DNA of 64,000 nt from Lama guanicoe (taxonomy: Eukaryota). Positions 1-13,330 of this stretch are shown here, piece after piece. Where the stretch lies: positions 9,199,957 through 9,263,956 of the forward strand of contig MU053881.1 in the NCBI GenBank assembly GCA_013239625.1, given 5' to 3'. The translations under genes were made by a program, and so were the position numbers. Within the stretch, counting starts at the first letter, position 1, and every line of letters starts with the position of its first letter. The notes under the pieces were generated by a model that saw nothing but the letters and a program-made list of their open reading frames with translations, did no database searches and had not been told where the DNA came from.

Positions 1-29
1 TACCGAGAACTCACTATGAACCAATTAGC

Positions 30-250
30 ACGATGCTAATTACTTTACATCTTTGATCTCATTTGATCCTTAAAACAAACCTATGAGGTAGTTATTGTGA
101 TCCGCGTTTTACAGATCACAATACTGCATTTTACAGTTAAGGGAAGCGAGGCTTAGAAGAGTTCAAATAATTTGCCCAAGACTCCACCACGGTTGGAAAG
201 TAGGTCAGTTAAGTAAGTCTAGATCCAGAACTGGGGTGCATTCAGCCTCT
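30..250 (-). mobile_element. MIR SINE fragment
   Basis: MIR core-like text: 'aaacctatgaggtag...ttttacagat...gaggcttagaagagttcaaataatttgcccaag'. Confidence 0.7.
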
Positions 251-497
251 CTTCCCTTCCTGGGGGTTTTATAATCTTCTTGGGGTTATAACCTGAGGAT
301 CTAAGTTAAATTCAGGAGTTGATTAAGCACCACTAAGTTGAGGAAGTGCATCTACAAATGAAATAGGTCTGAAAAAAATAAGGTGATGCTTGCCCTCAAG
401 TAACACATGCAAAATCGAAAGTATAACACAGAAATAAGTAAGAGAAGCCTGTAGTGACGGCCATGACGGTGGTCTGAGGGCAGAGTGCTCCGGGCCA

Positions 498-660
498 GAG
501 CTTCTCAGGCCTCCCTGTGCAGAAGGATCACCCGAGGTCTTATGAAAATGCAGGTTCTGATCCCGAGTAGGTGCGGACTGGGGGGCCTGGGGTTCTGTAT
601 TTCTAATCAGCTCCTGGGGGGATGGCGCTATTGGTCTGAGGACCACCTGTTTTTGCAGGA
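498..660. mobile_element. MER5-type (hAT-Charlie) DNA transposon fossil
   Basis: 'cttctcag...gatcacccgagg...aaaatgcaggttctgat...ttctgtatttctaatcagctcc...gaggaccac' resembles MER5A/B. Confidence 0.7.
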
Positions 661-2393
661 GGCTCTGATGTGCTAGGAAATGTAGCTTTGGTGCATCGGA
701 GAAGTGAGACCCGACAGCATGTATCAGAGACACCAGGAAATCAGCACAAACGAGGAGGGGTGCAGGAGGGGGCAGGACTGCCTTGGCGGTGAGAGCCCCA
801 CGCGTCTCTCAGCCCTTCCCTGGCACATCCGAGTGGCGTGCCTACTCACGCCGACTGCCCACAGACACAGCTAAACATCTGCTATTGGAAAGGACAAATA
901 TTAATTTGAAGCACGGAAACACCTACCCAGTGAACACAACTTGTGTTCTGCAAACAGATCACACGCTTATGACCGGTTTTGTACTTAGAATACCTCTCTG
1001 TCTTCCACACACTCTGCTGTCGGCTCCCGAGATGTACTTCCATCTCCCCTCCAGACCTGGTGACTTGAATGACTATGGAACTGCCCCCCCACCCTACCCC
1101 CCCCCAGCTAAGGGCTGATAGAACAACGGACAATCATATGAGGGCGAAGCCAAAACCAAACAGATTTTTTTTTAATCCAGTGCAAGTCACAGTTAAAATT
1201 ACGATTACAAGGGTTGTAAACCAGATTGCCATTTATTTGGCAGCGTTCAGAGAGACAGAATTGACTCCTGGAATAAACATTCACAAAGAAATGGCTGGGG
1301 AACTGATCTCCACTCGTGACTGTGGCATCTCCACCCAGACCCCAGGGACTGCTATGGATCACAGACTATTTTGTGACATCTGGGTTTGACCAAGGGGTCA
1401 CATTAAAGGGGATGGATTTTGAGTCACTTGACCATCTGAACACACTGAGTTAATTCTCCATTCACGGTGCTGGGGAGCACAGTAGAGGAATGATTCACTG
1501 GGGTGGAGGGATGGACCATATGAAAGCAAAGGCTGAGAGGCTGAGGACCAGAATCACTGAATTACTGTTAACATTCCACTTGGCACAGAATGGGAAGGGA
1601 GTGTGTGTATTTGAGGTTACTGGTATACCACCATTCATACTGTATTGTACTGATGGAGTGAGACTGGGAGCTTAGGTTCATTCATTAGGCACCTAAATCC
1701 TCAGCACCTGCTGTGTGCCAGACCCCAGGACGTGCAGAGGAACTCTCTGTCACCCCTGACCTCGAGGGCCACCTGGGACAAAGTGGCTCCCATTCATGAG
1801 TCCTCCGGGCCACACCTTTATGATTTTTGCCACGTCTGCTACCGACTGTGCGGATATTCTTCTTTAGATAATCTCACTTCACAGTTTTAACTTGGCCTCA
1901 TCTTCAGCAAGAACAGCTGTAAAACTGTATGTCTGAGATGCTTCTCAGGGCTGACCAAACCTACTGTTAAAATATTAAAATATACTTCTGTGACTACTGG
2001 CAGATAAAGCCTGCCCCAACCACCCACCCCGCTGGCCTGGCCCCCTGGACCCCCCCATGATCCAGCAACATCACAGGAGTCAGGCCCAGCCCAGGAGGGG
2101 CTTCTAGGCCCCTGATACTGTACTCTGGACAGTGTCTGTTCTGACCGGCCTGAGCCCATTCCTGACCAGCTGTAGTTCCACCAAACACACAGGATTTCCT
2201 GATCGGGGGTTTTGGAGAGGGCTTGTCCACATTCATCTTAAAAACGAAATAACCCCTCCTGCCCCAAAAGCCTGTTGCATGGTGGTTAGACACATCGAAT
2301 CCGCAGCGTGAGAAGTGATACTTTCTCCGAGTTCAGGTTCCCTCTTCTGCAAGGTGAGCGTCATACTAATAAATCCTACTCCCCGGCTTAAAG

Positions 2394-2600
2394 CAGGGGT
2401 TTTCAGCCTCAGCTCTGTGAACATCGTGGGCTGGATAACTCTGTTGTGAAGACTGTCCTCGGCTTTGTAGGACACAGAACAGCATCCTTGGCCCGTATCC
2501 ACGAGATGCCAATAGCATACCCCCATGTCTCGGCAATCCAGAATGCCTCTAGACATTGCCTTAAGTCCTCTGGGGGACAAAATCGACCCCAGTTGAGTAC
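2394..2600. mobile_element. MER20 DNA transposon fossil
   Basis: 'caggggttttcagcctcagc...tgggctggataactctgttg...agatgccaatagca...agacattgcc...gggggacaaaatcgaccccagttgag'. Confidence 0.85.
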
Positions 2601-2679
2601 AAATGGAATAAATAAATGAACCCTGTAAACTTTTCAGCCTACTACCTGGCGCTGACTGCAAGCTCAGGAGTATGCATAG

Positions 2680-2915
2680 CACTTATTAAGCAAGCACTTA
2701 CTATATGCCTGGCACACCTCTAAGCACTTTAAATCTATTATTTCACTGAATCCACACATAACCTTGGGAGCTAGGCCCTTTTAATCATTCCCATTTTTGA
2801 GATGAGGAAAATAAATGCCAGAAAGGTAAAGACACTTGCCTGGTGTTTCACAGTTAGCAAATGACAGGGCCACGATTCTAACACAGGTGACCTGTCAGCC
2901 AAGGACTTGCTCTCA
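2680..2915 (-). mobile_element. MIR SINE
   Basis: 'agcacttactatatgcctggcac...cccatttttgagatgaggaaa...acttgcctggtgtttcacagttagcaaatgacagg'. Confidence 0.8.
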
Positions 2916-3452
2916 GCCTTTTTGCTTTCCTCCCTTTGGAGAAAAAGAAGTCGCCCCCAAAACAGGCATCCTGGGGACAATCATGGTAAGGATGATGAAA
3001 AAATTAGATAGCACACGATATGCCAAGATTTTCACACTAAAAATTACATTCCAAGTAGACTGGTAAGTATACAAGGCACCTGGCATTAAGTTCTTGTATG
3101 GATCACACATAATTAAACATTCATATCCTGGGGTCTGTGTACACACATGCACTTTTGGCAAAATGATTAGAAAAATCTTAACTTTCCCCAAACTCACAGA
3201 GATTAAAAAAAAATACAAACTTAGCATGTCAAATAAAGAAATCTGTATCCTGCTGGAACTGGTATGATGAGGGGTTTAGGGAGTTGAGGAGCCGTGGAAA
3301 GAGGCCATGCTGGTGCAGCACATGTTAAAGCACTGGGGAGGTCAGGCTGTGTTCAATATGGCGGCCACGTATTGGAGAGGATGACCATGGCAACCCGTGG
3401 TGGGGCCACAGGCTGCAGTCCCCATTGGTTATTTGATTTTATGTTTTTACTA

Positions 3453-3483
3453 TTATTGAAGTGTAGTCAGTTTACAACCTTGT
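3453..3483 (-). mobile_element. Ultra-short 5'-truncated L1 3' end
   Basis: 'ttattgaagtgtagtcagtttacaa' matches the terminus of other L1 tails in this window (e.g. reverse complement of 43670-43696); flanked by direct repeat tatgtttt (3440-3447, 3483-3490). Confidence 0.6.
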
Positions 3484-5439
3484 ATGTTTTCCCAGAGATT
3501 TTTCTCACCTCAGTGTACTGGGCAGCCACTATATAGCATTTGCATGGACACGGGCTAGCATCTGTTTGTCAAGGTTGGTCTCAGAGAACCCAGAACAGTC
3601 CACTGACCTATTGTGGAGGCCTGAGAACTTAGTAACAATCTTGACGGTCCTTCTGCTTACCAGCAGCAAAGAGAAATACTCTGTGGCATTAAATGCCCCC
3701 TGTAAACAATATATAAGTGTATGTTGGTACACAGGTACTGTTCCCCTCGACAAACAAAAATTCACACACCAACAGCAAAATCAACGCAAGCAGAACAAGA
3801 AAAATGCAAACACAGGATCTTGATGTGAGATCTGTCTACATGAAGGAGAAAGTGAAATACAGACTAACAATCCAGAAAGAGACCAATATTTCCTTCCCCT
3901 GAAGTTTTAGAATCCAGGCTAATACTGAATTAAGTTTGTCATTGTTGAACACAGAAAAATGGGAGCTTTTCTACATTTGACTGAAAATCTTTGCATTTCT
4001 ACCAGTCTGAAATAGAAACTTGCAATTAAATCAATTAAGCAATGAAAATCAAATATTCCATTAAAATCTAATTTTCCTCGTATCTGATTGGCTGTAACTC
4101 AACTGAGTTGGAAACAGATGAGAGAGTCAAAATGACTCAAAGTCTGAGGCACGGAGGCAGGAGAAAGGGAACATTTCAAACATGTTGCTGGGAAATCTAA
4201 TAAGGACATTTTATCTTTCTTCTGCTTGTGTAAGTTTAGCCATTAGGGGTTCCCCAAACATAGGCTCTCAGAACAAATTTAGCAGATTAAAATGCGAATA
4301 GCAAGATTCCTTTCTCTTCTGTCTTCTTTCTGCAAACATGTCTTTGAAGTCTCTTTTTCCCCTTAAGGAATGTAAAAAGGCTGGTCCACGCTCCTACGCA
4401 AAAGGTGCTGTGTGTCTCTGTGCACCCAGCAGGCCTGGAGTTGAGTTGCTACGACTGACAGTCAGATTGGAACGGGCTGTGTTTGCTGATTCGAGGAGGT
4501 ACTGGGACCCGACGTGTCAAGGACGGATTTCTTCCTCTTAGTAGCAAAATGGAGTCGTTGTCTCTTGGAGACGTTGGGAAAGAACGTGTCAAATGACTTA
4601 AACATTCTTTTCCCTTCGACCCTTAGGGGTGACACAAGCCAGCTATTTCCATTCCAGCTGTCACCCTGGGGAGGGAAGGCTGAATCTCCAAGAAGGAAGT
4701 GGAAAAATGACTCCACATATTGTTCAAAAAGCAAGTCAGTGAAGAGAAGGCAACAGCTTACAAGGACAAAGCTTTTCCAAGTTTGACACAGATCAGGGTG
4801 CCCAACCAAGTCTGAATTAAACAGAATATCAAATGTGAATTTAAAAAAATAATATGTTAATAGGCAAAAAGGAAAGAGAAAGAGAACATTTAGGAACCAC
4901 AGTGTGCCTCAAATATTAAACACGAAGGTGCTACTGTATCTCTAAAATGGCTTTAAAAAAATTCAATCATCAGAACCATTTTTAAAGCCAAAAGTGTTGG
5001 ATTCTTCCAGAGAGCTATCCACATATTTGACTGCCATAGCCAGCCCCAGATTATGCGCGTCTGAGAAAGCACAGAGAACCACAGAAATTCTTCCAAGTGC
5101 CACTAGAAACGTATGCATGCCCACGTCTGTGTGCTAAAGGAGAAAAGGAAGTGTTTAATTTGGTGGCTCCCCTATAGTTTCCAGAAAGATGAGTGATGTG
5201 AAATTTGTGGTTTTAATCCTTACATTAAAAAAACAATAATTTACAAGGATTTTCTTTGCTTTGCTACTTGCACACCCTCCAAAGCATCTGTCGTCTTTGA
5301 ACAGTTGGAACCGGCTGGAGGAGGAGGTGGAGGAGGAGCAGAGAAAGAGAAGTTCCTTTGAAAGTAAACAACTGCTCTTGAGTTTCTTATCTCTGCTAGG
5401 CTCTCAGCCTGATCCATTTCTTGGCGATGCAGATCATGG

Positions 5440-5650
5440 TTAGGGATACAGGTTCTGGGACCAGACTGCCGGGATCCGAATCCCAAGCGCTTCTGTTTAT
5501 CAACTTAGTGACCTTGGGCAAATGACTTTACCTCTCTGTGCCTCAGCTTCCTGAGCTGCAAAATGCGAAAAATAACAGTATACATGTCCTAGGCGTGTTA
5601 GGACAATGAAAGTCATTCTAAGTGCCTTTTATTCACAGATAAGTATCCGT
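5440..5650 (+). mobile_element. MIR SINE
   Basis: 'ccagactgccgggatccgaatccca...gtgaccttgggcaaatgactttacctctctgtgcctcagcttcc...ctgcaaaatg'. Confidence 0.85.
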
Positions 5651-6879
5651 GGCTCTGAATGGACCTGTCAAAGCTGCCCCTACCCTGGTACCGGTACTGT
5701 AACCCCCAGTCCCCTTTGCCGCTGCATTCATTTAAATAATGCACACTGTACAGTGAGGTTACCGATCATAAGCATCTGATCAGAACCACTGTCGGAGAAT
5801 GAATGGAAAAGTCATCCACTCCCTTTAAAAACAGATATGCTCAGGTCTTTCCAAAGAGTCTGCCTCTGTCACCATCTTTTATGTTTAGAGTATAATATAT
5901 CCAGTTATTGAGCGAAGGCATGGTAACCTTCCTGGCTTCAATTTAACCGCTTTATAAGGCAGGTCTAGAGCAATGTCATTGCCGTTTTAGAACCAAGATA
6001 AATAACGATTTATTGTCCAAAAAATTGGAAAGCAGTACCACAGAGGTAAGTAAAGAAATAGATATTGCTCTGCAGATAATTCTGAGCAAAAAAATATGCC
6101 CCACTCAGTCCTGTTTGAGGAACTCATCGCACCCTTGGCCACGCGGTTGCCAGATCTGAACCGGCCCCTTCCATTCTGACAGGAGACCCGCATCTAGCCC
6201 TCCTCCTCCCGCTCCGAGGGAGACACTTGGGCTCTGTCCAGCCGGCCCTGCCCACCTGGAATCTTCCAGGCCTTTCTGTCACAATACCGCTTTAGAAAAG
6301 CCTGTGTGAAGGGGGGGACTCTGGTATTTAACTCCATCCATCAATGTCAACCCCACTTTCCCCTCTACCCCGACAGCTTGGTACATTTACCTAAAAGCTG
6401 AATAGTCTAAATGGATGGGTTTTGTGCTGGTCTCATTAGAAAGGGAAATTAGCCAGGCACTGTTCAGCTGTGCAGAAGGCGTGCTGGTCCTGAAAGCCTA
6501 TTTCAAGCCCCGCCCCCAGCCTTTTCCTCACCCCATGTGATGTCCGTGATTCCTTTAACATTCCTTAAAGAGTTCCTCATCCATCACTCCAGTTCCCGTC
6601 TCCTTCTCTCGCTGCCCAGCCCCACACTAGGCGCAGGTCTAGATGCTGCAGGGGAGTCAAGTGCTTTCATGCCCCTCTACACAGGTTTGTATTTAGAGTC
6701 GGCTTTTGAAAACAAAACAGAACAGCAACAACAACAAGTCAGGATTATTTGCTGACTTAGGATCTAATGTTTCGGTTCTTGAGGGCCCCTCCAGCCCAGC
6801 TCACACCAGCCTCTCCCAAGCCCTGAGTTCCTCCCACACCAACCTGCTCTCTGCTCTTGGGGACTGTGGGTTCCCAGCC

Positions 6880-7290
6880 ACCACTGGGCCACGGCATCTG
6901 CTGTTAAGTGTTTCCAAAACAGCCTTCCCTGCTCGTCACTTCATTCACTCTCCGTCCTTTAGTTTTTATCTCATGATGCTTCCTCAGAGCAATCTTTGAT
7001 TCCACCAGGTTTGGCCCTCTGCCTTCAAATGTGTTCTCTAAAACCATGTTTCTGTCCTTTGAAGTATTTTTCCTCAGCTTGTAATTATCTTTTTTATTTG
7101 TTGCCTATTTGAATAATGTCTTGCTTCGCTACCAAATTAGAATTCTGTTCCAGGGAGCAGGAACTATATCTTCCTTGTTCATGCATTCATTCATTTATTC
7201 ATTATTACTAACTTCCCATTGCACACCAGCACCTGTGATGGTGCTTGGCAACTAGTAGGTATTTACTAAGTCTTTGTCAAATGAATGAGT
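6880..7290 (+). mobile_element. L2 LINE 3' fragment
   Basis: Pyrimidine-rich degenerate body, 'agggagcaggaactatatcttccttgttca', ending in the L2-type tail 'aatgaatga'. Confidence 0.6.
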
Positions 7291-8023
7291 ATCATGACCC
7301 CGCAAAAGGCGATGCCATCAGGATGCTGAAGAATATAACTGAAGACTGTAATTCGCCTATTTTCCTCTCACTTTTGAGCTCCCCGAAGACAGCAAGAGAA
7401 GAAATCTCAGTCTTATGCACAAGACCTATTTATGGAATATGCCCAAAGCTGCAAACCCCTCCAATGCCAATGGATGCTCAAGGCTGTCATGCCAGCGGGT
7501 TTACAATGCTAACATGGCACCATTATTTTGTGGGGGGGAAAGGGATAGGGGCCCTTCTTTGGTTTCATAATCTCAGTTGCATTCAGCTTTAGCTAAATAT
7601 GCAGCTTCTTAATGAAATACTGCAAAACTCAGAGACAAATATTAGAGGTTTCAGAGAATCAAAATAAAAATCATGTGAAAGAATTGGAACTCTCAAAAAT
7701 GATGCTACACGTGACAGCTGAAATCTCCCGATGAACTGAAAAGAAATACTGTATCCTCTTGACTCTGCCTAATAGAGACCTCAGTATATATGTGCTGCTT
7801 GAACTTTAGAAGGTTAGAGAGCTCTGATTAATAACACAGCCATCCCAAGCTATTTCATACAAGTGGACCAAGGATTCTGCCACCCTCCTAGCATGTTCAT
7901 TTATGAGAGCTCTGCACTGACAGGGGCCTAGAGATACTTTCTAGGGTACTTGAGAATTTCGATTAATAAGTAATAGACCAAAGTGATTTATTGCAGGTAT
8001 TATATCACACTTTTTCTCCCCAG

Positions 8024-8109
8024 AATACCCCCAACATAGCTGTTCAGCGAATGAACAATTGGAGAGGATTCACCAAGGAGCTGCTACCTTCCGTCCTTGC
8101 TCCAAGGAG
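8024..8109 (+). other. Candidate internal exon (86 nt), host transcript unknown
   Basis: Acceptor 'ctttttctccccag|' and donor 'GAG|GTAAGC'; no recognisable protein in any frame. Confidence 0.3.
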
Positions 8110-10824
8110 GTAAGCCCCATCCTCCTGTGCCCTCACCAGTGGCCTGGAGGTTGACCCCCACTCTGAAGCCCTCACTTTTAAACTAGCCTCCAGAGGTTGC
8201 TACAAGCGGTCCCAATAAAGAGCAGGCTGGGACCTTTCAAACTTCATAGAAATGAACATTCTGCTCCTCAAAGAAAGTATACCATGCAGTAGGTTTCTAC
8301 AACCACTGAAATTACGCAAAATTGATGACTAGCCCTCGGTAAGAGAGAGAAACAAATAGGAGAGAGAGAGAGATGCAACAACCTCAAGACTTCTATTTTA
8401 CATGTTTATACAGATAAGTTTGTGTCTACATCTCCACAAAGAAAGATTTAATTGTTCTATCTAGATCAATAAAATAATCTGTAAACTTTTATTTTGCTTA
8501 CAGATTCACTTAGTTTATTGTAAAAGAAATATATTTATAAATGTATTTGTTTTGCTGATTGATAGACAGACAAATGGATGGATAGACAAAATAATCAATC
8601 ACTTTATATTTAGCTTACAGGTTGTTTACTGCTCACGTGCTTACTGGTCTCTTCTCATGGGCATGGGAGCGCGCTAAGGATAGAAACCTTGTATTTCTAG
8701 GTAACCATTTCATTCCCAAGGCAGAGAAAAGTGCCTGGCATGTCCTAAGGACTATTTTCTGTTTTTAATAATAATCACGTCACACTTTACCTCATATAAA
8801 TACAGCTGCATTACTGCACAAGGAGATACCAACCCGGTCACTTATACTGGACTTCACGGATGGTTCAAGAGACTTTCCGAGGCAATTTGGATCATGCTTA
8901 ATCTTCACTCTCCGTGGTGACAGTAACTTTAAAGTCTTCTCCACCACAATAGGGCTGCTCCAGTGTAGGGGAGGGGGTCACTCATTGTGTAGAAATTACT
9001 CAGACCATCGTGACGCTCTGGTTCTGCAGGGTGCCCCGCATCCTGTCATTGTGTTAGCCATCAGCCTCTTGAAAGCAAACTACCAGGCTCCTGAGCGGCG
9101 TGGTGCTATTGACAAGTGCTGGGACACAAGCCGGGGTGTGCACAGTGTTGCAGTAAATGAGGTTCCTCTTTCTCCCTCCATGAAACTGCTAGAGTCATAA
9201 ATTGATCACCACTGCACCAAAATAGAAAGTGATTTCTGACTCCATGGCGGAACAAGAATATTTATATTAATATTTTGATCCCAGAAGGCAAGAGATGGGA
9301 GGGACCCTGGCAAGAACATCAATCAGAGCCAGGGACTCTCGCACCACAATAAAATCTATGTTGGGCACAATGTGGTCCGGGAGAAGGGCAGAGCAACCGC
9401 GTGCACCGTGGCTTGAAACTCTCACTAGGTACTTCCAGGCACCATATGCTGGTTTCTTTAAGTAACCCATTACACAGAAATTAAATATCTTGTGACAGAT
9501 TGTTTTGACAGTGGGGAAAAAAAAGAAAGCGGGGGAGAGTGGGAGAGATTTAATTTTTTGAAAAAAAATGCATTTGACTGAAGGCAAAATGTTAGGTAGA
9601 TGTTAATTTAACAGATGTCTAGTTTTGCATCATCAGCCTGAAACGGGCAATTTCTGGCAAGCCTTCCTACTACCTCGCAACACAAAATCCTCTCAGTTCC
9701 ACAGGGATGTGCCTTTCACAACCTTCCATGTGAGCCATATTCATTCAAAGGAAAATGCCTGAAATTACTCAGGGAAGATGCTAACACCTGGCAATAGTTT
9801 TGAAGGAGGAGTCTGTGAATGCACCAAGGTATAATGGAACAAAAGTCAGCTCACAGCAACTTTTTAGTTGCGAGAGAAAGCAGGAGGAAATGAATTCACA
9901 CTGCAAAAACAGCTAACACATCACAAAGTTACTGCCTGTGATAAAATCACCTCAATCCTGTAACTGCTAACTAGTCCGTACATCCTACAAATACGTCAAA
10001 TCTCCTTTGGCATTATAGTGAGGTTGTCTGAAACGTCATCTGGAAAGGGACACTTCAGGACTTCGTTGTTTACCAATTACCTCCAGATCAGGTCTGTATA
10101 GAAATGTAATACTTCAGGGTTATTTTCATCTAAATACCTAATTTATATATGACTGCATAAACACTGGCTTGGAGAGCAGTATACCAGTTGACAGACAACG
10201 GTAGGTTCAATATTTGGTAGACATTTAAACAACTAATTCGGATTTTGTAACTTTATTTTCATTTTGGAGCCATACACTTTCTTTTTAGGACACAGATATT
10301 TTGATAAGCCTTGCAAAGGTCAAGCGCGCCAGATACGGTGCTCCTATTGATTCAGGGGGAAATGTCCTTCAACATGAAATAAAACAGAGCTTATAGATTT
10401 CGGATTGGTGTTATCCTCAGTTGTTTCATGCCAAACATACGTTGAGATTCCTTCCTTGGTAGAAACCGTAAGCTAACTCTGCTAGGAGGGGCTGAATGGG
10501 GATACCACTATGAACACGGACCCTGGCACGGTTCCCACTGTGATGGATGTTTCTGGAGAGAAGGAAGGGAGGCAGGAAAGGAGGGAGAGAGGGAGACAGG
10601 TAAAGCAGAATTCTCCTACAAAGGATGAATAATCTATTCTTATAGTTAAAAGGCGTCTCTACCACTCTGCAGGATTATTAATTAGCACTACTTATTTTAA
10701 TAGCAAAGTACATTTTACAACGAATGTAATGAAACATTGCACTCTCAAGAAACTGCATACGCTATTGCTCCTCCCCACCTGCAATGCACAGAGGTTTCCA
10801 ACAATCACACAATACCTTAGCTCG

Positions 10825-10847
10825 TGTGTGTGTGTGTGTGTGTGTGT
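10825..10847. repeat. (GT)n microsatellite
   Basis: Direct reading. Confidence 0.95.
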
Positions 10848-11026
10848 AAAACAATTTGAGTCAGCATTTTTATTTTTAGGTATTTAAAGTAAATGGTCTA
10901 TATCTTGTTTTCTGACAGAATATGGCAAAAGGCCATCTTTAAGGGCTGAGAGAGATTAATGATATGATGGCAACCTTTGGAGAATGAAATAAGATTGGTC
11001 TGGTCTCCAAACAATTCAATCCAGGG

Positions 11027-11028
<2 letters not shown>

Positions 11029-11065
<37 letters not shown>

Positions 11066-11069
11066 TGTG
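11029..11069. repeat. (GT)n microsatellite
   Basis: Direct reading; one interruption near the end. Confidence 0.95.
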
Positions 11070-13119
11070 CACCTCTGTGACATGTAATAAATACTGAGTT
11101 ACAGAACACTGTCCCCAGGTAATTCTATTCTGCTTTATAAACATCACAACCATGGGAAATGAGGAAAATTAGCCCTGTGAATTCAAAGAGCCTAAGATGC
11201 ATATTGGAAAAAAATCCAAAAGGGAGCCAGACAGTTTATACCAACACGTATGGCTTCTCACGGGAGCTGTACCAAGTCAAGGACATGATCTGAAATTGAA
11301 GAAATTGGTAAGGAAAAAAAATTTTTTTAGCCACTATAGGACTGCAAAAAAGAATAAGAAAAAAACCTGTCAACACAAAAGATTCCTTTCTTACTCTCTG
11401 AAATTCTAATCCAGTAATCATGTCTTCCTTCTAAAGCGCCTTTCATCTGACTGTCTCACAGTCCTTTATGGTATTAAACAGTCACGGAATCCCTGAGGTG
11501 GCTAAAATTATTCTAGTCATTTTACAAATGTATCTGTTCTCTCAAACCTCTCATCTTGGGGAGGGGTAAGTCTGGGAATGAGAATCAGGAATCGATGAAT
11601 GACCAGAGTCCTGATTCCTTTAACCGGCTTTTATCATTACTTGGGGGAAAATTCCGTGGTTTGCTCCGGGAAAGTGCCCTGATGAATTAAGTGTACGTTT
11701 TTGATTTGTTGTCTGTTATCTTCCTAGATGCCAATGTCTTTTTACTCTTACACTTGTTTTCTCCTCTCTCCTCCTACCTTTAATTGGAAGGACTGAAGTA
11801 TATGTTAGAATATGATAAAACAGTGACATAGAAGTAACTAAAAATGCTAGAGCAAACGAGTGTAGTGGATACTTTCACATCTTTGGGTCTTAAAGAAAAT
11901 TTAAGAGACTACAATTAGGTAGTCATATGACCTTCCACTAGGCATAGGACCTATCCAAGCCTCAGTTTACCTATCTGTAAAGAGAAGGTTAAATTATAGA
12001 AATTCTAAATCCCTGAAGCTCTACTATTTGTTGTGTGGGTCCATATTTATAGTCAATACAGTTTCTGTATTTTGGCATGAATCATTAAGAACATAAGATA
12101 AAAAAAATCTAAGATAAATATTTCAAAAATATTCCCCAAACTAAATGTGGTGGAGGGGCATTTATAAGGTCAAAACCAACCATCCTTTTTCCTTCAAATG
12201 CCATCGTTCCTAATGGATCCTGAAGCGCAAATACCCCAGTTCGGAGCCCACTGCCAGAGAGATGCTAGTCCTCCAAAGTAAGTGGACCTCAAGATCAAGT
12301 CCCATCAGGACGGCCCTGCACTTCAAACTGACATGTTACAAATGTATCAAGTGCAGTCAACGTGGCTACTCCTTTGAAGGGGAGATAGATAACGTGGAGC
12401 CTCGGTACCCAGATTCCTCGGGAGAGGAGGCCAGGATGATGATGGAGGTGTCAGTTATGGGGCAGGGGAGAGAAATATGGCCTAAGGGTGTTAAGCTGTA
12501 AATGAGCACACTGGAGTTGACAGAGATTAGTTCAGTCGTTGAGTGTGGAAGGAAGCCAAGGGACCACGGAAGCTCTGATGCTTACTTCTCATGATTTCCA
12601 CCCTGGAGAGTGCCTGTTCCCTTCTTTAACTGGAGCCCCTGCCAACATCTGTCTGGAGGACCCCTAAATCAGGAGACTCTCGAGTGTAGGCACCCATTCC
12701 CAATAGATCCTACCCGCTCCTTCCTCACATAGGCTTACATCTCAAAGAATATTTACCTTCCGTGCAACCTTCTGTCACTTAAATGTCCAGTTCAGCGGTT
12801 AGCTGAGCGTTAGGCACCTGGGGAGGTCTGAGCTAACAGAAGCACTGGGCTCTCTTTCTGGAATAAAGATTTCCTTTCAGGTCAGGGATGGAAACCTCAG
12901 CAGTATAAGGCTCCCACTGTAAGATTCCTGAACAGCTCGTACCATTTATAGGGGATAATTCCAGAAGACAGTGACTCACTTAATACAGGAATATTTTACA
13001 AGTCAGCCACTAGTTTCTGATATTAAAAAAAAAAAATCGAGGACATTCCGTGTCTAGCTCTCCAGCAAATGACACAAATCACTTAGTTCCATGTGCTCTT
13101 CCATCAGTGGTCTACACAG

Positions 13120-13330
13120 CATGATGATGAAGCATGTAGATGCTGGAGTAGGAATAATGGAGTTCAGACCTCTGCTTCCCCACCTTCTAACCTATGTACT
13201 TGGATAAATTATTTAATCTCCCAGGGTCTCATATTCCCCATCTGCAAAACACTGATAACATTTCCTAACTCATGGGATGGTTCAGCACACTGAGTTGCTT
13301 CATATGTGGTAAGTCTCCATCAACTTTTTC
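13120..13330 (+). mobile_element. MIR SINE
   Basis: 'ggagttcagacctctgcttcc...ttggataaattatttaatctcc...ctcatattccccatctgcaaaa'. Confidence 0.7.

Noticed and set aside
5241..5486. Poly-Pro/poly-Glu ORFs
   Set aside because: Derived from a short (GGA)n repeat and the adjacent MIR; no convincing donor site.
10070..10110. 13-nt minus-strand microexon (tacag|acctgatctggag|gtaatt)
   Set aside because: Weak pyrimidine tract, not a multiple of 3, and expected by chance.
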